A DNA stretch of 43,905 nt from a virus: positions 1 through 43,905 of the IMG/VR virus record IMGVR_UViG_3300003973_000004, one strand, 5' to 3'. Position numbers and translations under genes: made by a program. Positions 26,682-32,725 of this stretch are shown here, piece after piece. Below the pieces are notes generated by a model. It was not told the DNA's origin and did not search any database. It worked only from the letters and a program-made list of their open reading frames with translations. Positions within the stretch are counted from its first letter, which is position 1; each line of letters opens with the position of its first letter.

Positions 26682-28457
26682 ATGGAGCAGCTAGTAAAAG
26701 TACAGAGTACCAGCGTGGACTACAATAACACACCGGTACTCGAGCAGCAGGGGTACGAGGGTGAGTCGGTACAAGAGTTCATTGAGCATAACTCTGAGTA
26801 CAACAGCCGCACCCCATCCCGCGACGGTGGGGATTACTTTGTCGGGGCGTTCTTTAATAACAACACCCCTGACCGCAAGATTACACTATTCAAGAGTTAT
26901 AATAACACTTGGTTTGAAGCAATCAACACCACCCTCATGATGACGGACCAGGCGTACTTCTTATCCGGTTCCAGTACCGCACTGTCTAATACCACCGCTG
27001 TACGTGGCGACCCGGACATTACGTACTTCAATGGTAAGTGGCACATGGCAGTTACTGGTGGGCATCCGAATCCACCTATTGGTAGTCCTCGTGATGCTAT
27101 TGTGCATACCAGCGATGATATGATTACCTGGACTCCTCGAGAAATCAAGATGGGGCCAACCCTGTTGTATGGACAGAGTGCCGTGCAGTTCGGTGGGACC
27201 ACCACCAGCATCAACCAGATTTGGGCACCTGCTCTGCATGTTACCCCAGAAGGCGATGTATGGATTGTGGCAACTGTAGGTATCAATCCGAACGCCCCTG
27301 ATATCTATGGTCAGAGTGTTACCTGGGCAGCAGCTGTGGGTTGTAAGTGCAACGACCTGGATGCCCTGACGTTCGACCCGCCGCAGTTACTTCTCCAGGA
27401 CATCAGTGTGCAGCGCCTGGACCCGCAGTTGCACCAGGACCTGCAAGGGCGGTACGTTATTGCTATCAAGAACGAGTACAACAAGCACATTGAACTGTGG
27501 CGCTCTAGTACTGTAGTCGGCGGGTACACCCGTATCGCTGACCTAGACTACGGCGGTATTAACGTAGAGGGACCGTGCTTGACGTACAGTAAGCGGAACC
27601 AGCTGTGGTACTGCTACGCGGATGCGTATGATACCTTGGGTGATTACTACGCAGTAACTTCCCCGGATATGATTACCTGGTCTGCTGCAACGCCTTTACG
27701 CACTACGGAGATTCTCCGACATGGCACTGTGCAGAACTTGAGCATGCTCCCAGAGGGGCAGCAGGCTATGGCTAGCTTCACCAGGGCTAGTACAATCCTG
27801 GGGCAGATGTCACCACAGAAGCCCCTGTTCGGTCCTCGTGGACAGTTCGCTACCTCTGGTAGTACGAACCTCATCCCAGAGAATGGTATGGTGTATCGCG
27901 TCCTGAATAACGCTAGTCGTCGGTTGTTCATTGATGATATCGGTACCACCCAGCACTTCTACTTAGCATGCACCTCGGATGACCCGAAGGCAGGCATTGT
28001 AGTCTCTGGCTCTAAACTGCATGGCGGTCTGCATTACATCGGGTTCGGTAGGAACAGCCGTAAGATTGTGAAGGTGCATTACGATGAACGTTTCCGTGAG
28101 TACTACATCGAGGGGGATGGTGAGCGTCTTCTGAGCACTAGTCTGGTTAGCTTTAGTACCGTGGGTAATGGTTGGCCTACAGTTGGCGCTGGTTGGGCAC
28201 CACAGCACGGCATGACGTACAGTATTGCGGATGCCTCTCAGAACACAACTATCCAGGGGATTTACCCTGACCAACCGGACGGTACGTACTTCCATGTACT
28301 TATTAACAATGACACGGTGGGTACCTTCACTGTGAACAGCTCAGCCGCTGGTGTTAGTATCGGTGGTACCGCAGCTGTGTTTACGGGTGCAAGTCACGGG
28401 AACAGGCTCATCACTATGAAGAAGGTTGGTGGTGCTTGGCGTCTGATGCTGAGCTAG
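26682..28457 (+). CDS. second receptor-binding protein / tailspike with GH43-like five-bladed beta-propeller signature
   Basis: 591 aa and the last late gene, which is the KP34-type RBP2 position. Motifs: RGDPDITYFNGKWHM, IWAPALHVTPEGDVWIV, NVEGPCLTYSKRNQLWYCYADAY. Confidence 0.7.
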   Translation: MEQLVKVQSTSVDYNNTPVLEQQGYEGESVQEFIEHNSEYNSRTPSRDGGDYFVGAFFNNNTPDRKITLFKSYNNTWFEAINTTLMMTDQAYFLSGSSTALSNTTAVRGDPDITYFNGKWHMAVTGGHPNPPIGSPRDAIVHTSDDMITWTPREIKMGPTLLYGQSAVQFGGTTTSINQIWAPALHVTPEGDVWIVATVGINPNAPDIYGQSVTWAAAVGCKCNDLDALTFDPPQLLLQDISVQRLDPQLHQDLQGRYVIAIKNEYNKHIELWRSSTVVGGYTRIADLDYGGINVEGPCLTYSKRNQLWYCYADAYDTLGDYYAVTSPDMITWSAATPLRTTEILRHGTVQNLSMLPEGQQAMASFTRASTILGQMSPQKPLFGPRGQFATSGSTNLIPENGMVYRVLNNASRRLFIDDIGTTQHFYLACTSDDPKAGIVVSGSKLHGGLHYIGFGRNSRKIVKVHYDERFREYYIEGDGERLLSTSLVSFSTVGNGWPTVGAGWAPQHGMTYSIADASQNTTIQGIYPDQPDGTYFHVLINNDTVGTFTVNSSAAGVSIGGTAAVFTGASHGNRLITMKKVGGAWRLMLS

Positions 28458-28466
28458 TCCACCTGA

Positions 28467-28523
28467 GAGGGAGGGGATTCCTTGCCGAGTGCTTTTTAGT
28501 GTACTCAAGCGAGGGCCTCCCTC
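28467..28523 (+). terminator. large imperfect stem-loop after the last late gene (terminator or processing site)
   Basis: GAGGGAGG (28467-74) pairs with CCTCCCTC (28516-23). Inner helices are CTTG/CAAG and GAGTGC/GTACTC. There is no U-tract. Confidence 0.45.
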
Positions 28524-28540
28524 CACTATAGCAGCCCCGC

Positions 28541-29010
28541 CTGCCCCCGTACGGGTGCGTGTGTGCACGTGCCTAGGCGTGTGTGTGCGCACCTGCGCGG
28601 TTCAGCTCGTGCGTGTCTGCGCGTCGCGTCTAGAGGATTCATGTGTGTGGTGTGTTACTCTCTGTCCAGGTGGAGGACGCGTACTGTGTGGGGACTCTCT
28701 CTCTGTATCAGTACGCTCTCTCACTCCTGCCCTCGCTTCGCGCGTCCAGTCGCTCGTTCGCTACGCTCTGTTTGGTGGTGTGTGTGTGGAGAGTGTGGGG
28801 GAGTGCGTGTGTGCTCGCTTGCTTTCTTCGCTTTCTTCGCTGTTTGCTTTCTTCACTCTCTCTCTCACAGCGGGTCGCTCTCTCCTCTCTATCGTTTCAC
28901 TCTGCTTAGGCTACGTTGCACTATCGTTCGTCGTTCGCTCCACGTTGCTGTGCTCTCTATCGTCACTCTCTCTCTGATTCTCGTTCCTCGTATCTTTCGT
29001 TCGTTCCTCT
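28541..29010 (+). repeat. A-depleted GT/CT-rich noncoding tract with degenerate short repeats. It is the candidate terminal-repeat / concatemer-junction region.
   Basis: By hand count roughly 1 base in 10 is A on the + strand. GCTTTCTTC occurs 3 times. CTCTCTATCGT(T)TCACTCT occurs twice. There are (GT)n and (CT)n runs. All three forward frames are open purely because stop codons need A. Confidence 0.8.
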
Positions 29011-29032
29011 CTCTATATAGTAGGACTTCTAA
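29009..29032 (-). promoter_or_regulatory. candidate phage-RNAP promoter on the minus strand
   Basis: The reverse complement reads TATTAGAAGTCCTACTATA-TAGAGAGAGG. It is identical over 19 nt to the + strand promoter at 38999-39017. Confidence 0.6.
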
Positions 29033-29088
29033 TACTCCTTATAATTCAGTAGCTTATACTAGGTGTTCAGTGCGTGTTCTTGGTGTGC

Positions 29089-29117
29089 TTGCTTCTTTTT
29101 GTGAGTGCCTGTAGTCT
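29089..29117 (+). promoter_or_regulatory. possible sigma70 early promoter P1
   Basis: TTGCTT-17 nt-TAGTCT. The downstream ATCTCAAGC..GGGAACAAC resembles the P3 leader. Confidence 0.35.
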
Positions 29118-29209
29118 TTATCTCAAGCCGGGAACAACGGTGAGTACAGCAAGTCGGGAGACTTCCTGAGTGTGGTACTGGATAGGTTGATGGGTTAAGC
29201 AACATTGAG

Positions 29210-29239
29210 TTGACAACCGCTAAGAAACTAAGCTAGTAT
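29210..29239 (+). promoter_or_regulatory. sigma70 early promoter P2
   Basis: TTGACA-18 nt-TAGTAT. Confidence 0.6.
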
Positions 29240-29359
29240 CTACAACAACAAAGCAGTACGCAGTGAGGAAGTGTTAGCGTACCGGAGTTAGAAGTTATAG
29301 CGACCGGGAGTTGTAACGGCACTGCGAAGTTTTAAGAAGTACCGCTCTTTAACAATCTG

Positions 29360-29378
29360 GTTAGTGTCTTGATAGGCT
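29360..29378 (+). repeat. left arm of the 19-nt inverted repeat (partner 29663..29681)
   Basis: GTTAGTGTCTTGATAGGCT against AGCCTATCAAGGCACTAAC. 18/19 positions are complementary and the mismatch is G-U compatible in RNA. Confidence 0.8.
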
Positions 29379-29401
29379 TACTTAACTAAAGGTGACTTAT
29401 C

Positions 29402-29533
29402 ATGAAATATAAGTACAATGAAGGATATGCAGCGTACCATGCGGGTTTAGAACGAGCTGCCTGTCCGTACCCATTCGACACAGAAGATTCTAATACGTGG
29501 TTAATTGGTTGGTTAGTGGGGAGGTACGAGTAA
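29402..29533 (+). CDS. Rmf/CrpP-family small protein (43 aa)
   Basis: MKYKYNEGYAAYHAGLERAACPYPFDTEDSNTWLIGWLVGRYE. The GY-A--AG-----CPY...WL-GW spacing matches E. coli RMF (GYQAGIAGRSKEMCPYQTLNQRSQWLGGW). AAGGTG SD. It is below the ORF-track cutoff. Confidence 0.6.
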   Translation: MKYKYNEGYAAYHAGLERAACPYPFDTEDSNTWLIGWLVGRYE

Positions 29534-29643
29534 TGCGTGGTATTATTTGTGTAGAGCGGTTTATTAACGGGCGGATTGTATGTTGTCCAATAGATACCCA
29601 ATGGGCGTACAGAGAGTGGTACGGATGTTTTAGTTTACTTTAG
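29533..29643 (+). CDS. possible 36-aa Cys-rich protein
   Basis: TAATG coupling to the preceding gene. Sequence MRGIICVERFINGRIVCCPIDTQWAYREWYGCFSLL. Confidence 0.4.
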   Translation: MRGIICVERFINGRIVCCPIDTQWAYREWYGCFSLL

Positions 29644-29662
29644 GATAGCCGCTGGCATAGCC

Positions 29663-29681
29663 AGCCTATCAAGGCACTAAC
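29663..29681 (+). repeat. right arm of the 19-nt inverted repeat (partner 29360..29378)
   Basis: See the left-arm entry. This arm overlaps the 3' half of a local hairpin, GATAG-CC-GCTGGC-ATA-GCCAGC-CTATC (29645-29670). Confidence 0.8.
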
Positions 29682-29710
29682 TAAGAGAGTTAAGAGTTCA
29701 AAATAAATGT

Positions 29711-29739
29711 TTGACAAGCTAAACCACGAGATGTATAGT
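29711..29739 (+). promoter_or_regulatory. sigma70 early promoter P3
   Basis: TTGACA-17 nt-TATAGT, close to consensus, preceded by an AT-rich stretch (aaaataaatgt). Confidence 0.7.
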
Positions 29740-30116
29740 TCATCTCAAGCAAGGCAGGGACAACCAAGCAAGGGCATACGGATGTGTGGTCCATCTTTGG
29801 CAGGATGTTAAACTAGTCAATTACAGAGAGTTGCGGTGAAGTGCAGTACCTAACGGTGCAATGACCACGGAACCTAGATACTCACTGAATAAAGTAAAGC
29901 CGCACGACAGACGCACGATTGGTCAACGAGTGCAGCGGGGAGGCTTAGACTCTCTCCCCTGAAAGAATAGAGTCGAGGTGTTAGCCTACACCTTCCGGTT
30001 GTGCAGGTAAAATTCATCAGGCCAGTGCTTCACCGAGTAGCAGAAACAAGCTACCACGCAAAGCACAACCTTTTAGGTAAGCATCATCACCGATGGTGCA
30101 GAGTTAAGAGGTTAGA

Positions 30117-30308
30117 ATGGGATTTAAGAAACGCTTAGAGAAACGTAACAAAGCGCTGAGTCAACTTACAGGCAGCGCACTACAGAAACGCCGGGATAAG
30201 TTGAACAAGGCAGGCGTGCACACTGAGAAACAACGTGCTACCTTTGATACAACAACACGGGCTAAAGAGAAACGCCGTGGTTGCTCAACTCCACCAAGGG
30301 GGTTCTGA
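30117..30308 (+). CDS. hypothetical highly basic early protein
   Basis: 63 aa, Lys/Arg-rich, with an AAGAGG SD. Confidence 0.7.
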   Translation: MGFKKRLEKRNKALSQLTGSALQKRRDKLNKAGVHTEKQRATFDTTTRAKEKRRGCSTPPRGF

Positions 30309-30379
30309 TGTTAGAGGGGCTGTTAGTTATAATCATCTTTATTGTGTGGTGCGCTGTTATGATGCACCTCACGAAGTAG
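30308..30379 (+). CDS. possible 23-aa hydrophobic micro-protein
   Basis: TGATG coupling. Sequence MLEGLLVIIIFIVWCAVMMHLTK. Confidence 0.35.
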   Translation: MLEGLLVIIIFIVWCAVMMHLTK

Positions 30380-30438
30380 CACACCTATAGCGTCTACAGG
30401 GCGCTATGTGAGTTCTACTACAATCAATGAGGTGTATC

Positions 30439-30993
30439 ATGTCAGAATTTAAATTAATTGCTCCTAAATCAATCCGTGCTCAGCTTACCAAGGCTGTAAC
30501 CCTGAAACGCGATGTAACTGTCTCCGCACTATTCCACGGTCTGGTATCGTCGAACGTAGCGTTCACTACTGGCATGCAGCGTGAAGACGCCGCTGACTTT
30601 GATACAGTGCTGCGTCACTTGCTGCCTATCAAGTACGATAAGAAATCGAACGGGTACATGTTCGACGGTAAGAAGGCGTTTGCTAGTGCTGAGAAGCTCG
30701 GCATCAATCTGGAAGCGATGCGTACTGAGTACAAAGCAGATGCAGCAGACCGCGATGCAGTGGTTGAGCAGTTCTACACCGCGGTGATGGCGTTCTACGA
30801 TGCCAATGCGGCGGCTAAGAAGGGTGCAGACTTAGACAGCGATGCTAAGAAAGCTAAGGGCATTGAGCGCATTAAGTCCGGTATTGCTCAGGCTAAACAG
30901 AACGGCGCTACAGACCGTGATATCATCGACGCACTGTTAGCGGCTGGGATTGATGTATCAGGTGCTCTGACAGTGTTACCGGTGGCAGCATGA
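30439..30993 (+). CDS. hypothetical early protein
   Basis: ORF 30427..30993. ATG 30439 has a GAGGTG SD. Confidence 0.8.
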   Translation: MSEFKLIAPKSIRAQLTKAVTLKRDVTVSALFHGLVSSNVAFTTGMQREDAADFDTVLRHLLPIKYDKKSNGYMFDGKKAFASAEKLGINLEAMRTEYKADAADRDAVVEQFYTAVMAFYDANAAAKKGADLDSDAKKAKGIERIKSGIAQAKQNGATDRDIIDALLAAGIDVSGALTVLPVAA

Positions 30994-31226
30994 TAGGCTT
31001 AACAATTATTGTAACCTCCGCTGTGCTGGTGCTTTCATCAAATCCAGCGCAGCCCGAGTTGTACTGTGTCGTGGGGAATTCAAACACCACGGACACTATG
31101 TTGTACCACAATCCCGAAGGAGGCTGTAAAGCGCTGGGGCAGGCACTGCTCAAGGATGCACAACACGATAACCCGGGCGTGCCGTTCCTCCTCGTGGTGG
31201 ACGGTGCAAGCACTAACTCCATCTAG
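30990..31226 (+). CDS. hypothetical small exported/membrane protein
   Basis: ATGA overlap. N-terminal hydrophobic segment IGLTIIVTSAVLVLSS and two Cys residues. Confidence 0.65.
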   Translation: MIGLTIIVTSAVLVLSSNPAQPELYCVVGNSNTTDTMLYHNPEGGCKALGQALLKDAQHDNPGVPFLLVVDGASTNSI

Positions 31227-31239
31227 CGTAACTGACTGA

Positions 31240-31262
31240 TAGCCCATGCGAGGCATGGGCTA
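31240..31262 (+). terminator. perfect 10-bp stem-loop (terminator or processing site)
   Basis: TAGCCCATGC-GAG-GCATGGGCTA. There is no clear U-tract. Confidence 0.35.
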
Positions 31263-31291
31263 TAGGGCAATTTCGCCATAGGAGACTTGTT

Positions 31292-31552
31292 ATGCCTTTC
31301 ATCAAAAGCAAACTAACACCACCGAATCACGTTAACCCTGAATTAAAATCCGGTTGCTTCTATCGCACCCTAACTGATATGCAGGGCATTAATGCACCCG
31401 AGGCAGGCACCGTCGTGATGTACTTCAACAAAATGATTTACTATCCGGCGGGCGTGCTGCCGATAGATTTAGGTGGGTATGACCGTGCTGACCGCCTATC
31501 CGAAGTACAGTTCGTAGAAATTGATGTGCAGGAGGTTCAGAATGCACAGTAA
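31292..31552 (+). CDS. hypothetical early protein
   Basis: 86 aa with an AGGAG SD. Confidence 0.75.
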   Translation: MPFIKSKLTPPNHVNPELKSGCFYRTLTDMQGINAPEAGTVVMYFNKMIYYPAGVLPIDLGGYDRADRLSEVQFVEIDVQEVQNAQ

Positions 31553-31799
31553 GCTAACCCAGCTAATCACAGCGCTGTTCCTGCGCCACCACAATGGTAT
31601 TGCATCCCGCATCGAGAACAAGGCGTGTAAGCTGTTCCAGGAGGCGGAGCACACCCTAGACGCTATCAAGCAACTCGAGGAACAAATTGAATCAATGAAG
31701 GAGCATCACATTACGTTGCTGAACCAGTACGGCATCGCGGTGGACCAAGCGAAAGGGCAGCGTGAGCGCACACGTACCATTCAAAGTACCCTGAGTTAA
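31542..31799 (+). CDS. hypothetical early protein (coiled-coil-like)
   Basis: ORF 31521..31799. ATG 31542 has an AGGAGG SD. Confidence 0.75.
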   Translation: MHSKLTQLITALFLRHHNGIASRIENKACKLFQEAEHTLDAIKQLEEQIESMKEHHITLLNQYGIAVDQAKGQRERTRTIQSTLS

Positions 31800-31805
31800 A
31801 TACTT

Positions 31806-31838
31806 GTACCGCTTCCATGAGGCGGTACAGTTGTTTTC
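31806..31838 (+). terminator. intrinsic-terminator-like hairpin within the early region
   Basis: GTACCGC-ttccatgag-GCGGTAC followed by AGTTGTTTTC. Confidence 0.5.
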
Positions 31839-31853
31839 ACTGGGAGACAAATC

Positions 31854-32024
31854 ATGATTAGAGTACCCAAGGTAGTTATTCAGGAGGCCCAACGCAACGC
31901 GATGTTGAACATGCGGGCCGGGTTCAGTGCCAGCGATTGCTGGCGTAGTGCTATGGTGGACTTGAAGTGGAAGTACCATCGAGCACATAAACAGGCGGTA
32001 GATTATGGCTTCATCAAGACTTAA
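31854..32024 (+). CDS. hypothetical 56-aa protein
   Basis: GGGAG SD 8 nt upstream. It fills a gap and is below the track cutoff. Confidence 0.55.
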   Translation: MIRVPKVVIQEAQRNAMLNMRAGFSASDCWRSAMVDLKWKYHRAHKQAVDYGFIKT

Positions 32025-32181
32025 CCCGGAGACGTTGCTCATGCAGTCCAGAGCAGCGCGTGAGTATAATCAGAAGGCCGTGAAGGCTGAACTCAAGGCG
32101 ATGTACTGCCGGAAAGCGTGGCGTGTACAGATGAGCTTACAGGCGTACTGTGAGCGCTTTGGCATTCGAGGTGTTGTATGA
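32005..32181 (+). CDS. hypothetical 58-aa protein
   Basis: Open frame linking neighbouring genes. Its stop overlaps the next ATG (ATGA). The start is uncertain (32005 or 32041). Confidence 0.45.
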   Translation: MASSRLNPETLLMQSRAAREYNQKAVKAELKAMYCRKAWRVQMSLQAYCERFGIRGVV

Positions 32182-32360
32182 GAAGTTATATAGTGTTCCG
32201 TCTGCCACGCGGTAGTAGTTACTTTCGCTGGAATGGCAGTCGTTTAGAGCTATGGTTACCTGATACACGCAAGTGGTGTGTCGTGGGATGCGATTATAAA
32301 GTGTACCGAGAAGTGCGTGCTAAATGCCCACTCGTTGCTAAGAACGTGGTGTTTAAATGA
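32178..32360 (+). CDS. hypothetical protein
   Basis: 60 aa with a GAGGTG SD. Confidence 0.65.
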   Translation: MRSYIVFRLPRGSSYFRWNGSRLELWLPDTRKWCVVGCDYKVYREVRAKCPLVAKNVVFK

Positions 32361-32701
32361 ACCCGCGCACCGTACAAGAAACCGCTGAGTTGTTCTGGCT
32401 GTGCTTAGAGCGCCAGCAGAACATCATCGGGCCGTGGGAGCAGTTCAAACTAATCCCGAGTATCCTCCAACGCATCGCACCACTAAAGCGCCGCATCACG
32501 TACCGCTCACCTGAGCCAGGTGTACGCTTGGTGTGTACCATGCGAGTGTACGACGCAGAGGCCGCTAAAGCACTCTGTGCTGCGCTGGAGTACAACCCAG
32601 TACAAAGCCTTGCCTTGGGCTATAAAGAGGCACAGAGCCAGTTCTACGCCGCGGTACAGCGGTACTACGTGAATGAATCAGCCATGCAGTACTATCAATA
32701 A
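32357..32701 (+). CDS. hypothetical protein
   Basis: 114 aa with an ATGA overlap. Confidence 0.75.
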   Translation: MNPRTVQETAELFWLCLERQQNIIGPWEQFKLIPSILQRIAPLKRRITYRSPEPGVRLVCTMRVYDAEAAKALCAALEYNPVQSLALGYKEAQSQFYAAVQRYYVNESAMQYYQ

Positions 32702-32725
32702 ACCACAAACTATTCGAGGTGAGTC

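Noticed and set aside
28514-28536. CCTCCACTATAGCAG, a T7-like CACTATAG core that could be a fifth phage promoter.
   Set aside because: Only the -7..+1 part resembles the promoter family. The upstream specificity region (TTAGAAGTCC) is completely absent, and the bases form the 3' arm of the 28467-28523 hairpin.
28541-29010. A CRISPR array or regular tandem repeat in the repeat-rich tract.
   Set aside because: There are no regularly spaced identical repeats with unique spacers. The repeats are short (9-20 nt), degenerate and irregularly spaced.
28489-29114. Three overlapping + strand ORFs (162, 183 and 88 aa), one in each forward frame, encoding Cys/Ser/Leu/Val-rich products.
   Set aside because: They exist only because the tract is almost free of A, so TAA, TAG and TGA cannot occur. 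The sequence is low complexity, there are no SD sequences, and all three frames are open simultaneously. This region is noncoding.
29288-29302. TTAGAAGTTATAGCG, a truncated look-alike of the promoter motif in the P2 leader.
   Set aside because: It lacks the central CCTAC(T/C) block (a 5-nt deletion relative to the family), so the spacing between the recognition and melting regions is wrong. It is at best a decayed copy.
29386-29601. A 71-aa minus-strand ORF in the early region.
   Set aside because: It is antisense to the Rmf/CrpP-like gene, which has a recognisable family signature and an SD. No promoter faces this way. The product is Asn/Tyr/Pro-rich low complexity.
29861-29962. A 33-codon ORF (MTTEPRYSLNKVKPHDRRTIGQRVQRGGLDSLP) in the long P3 leader.
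   Set aside because: There is no convincing SD (aacggtgca). Its 3' part is the GGGGAG/CTCCCC hairpin. I treat it as leader RNA unless translation data say otherwise.
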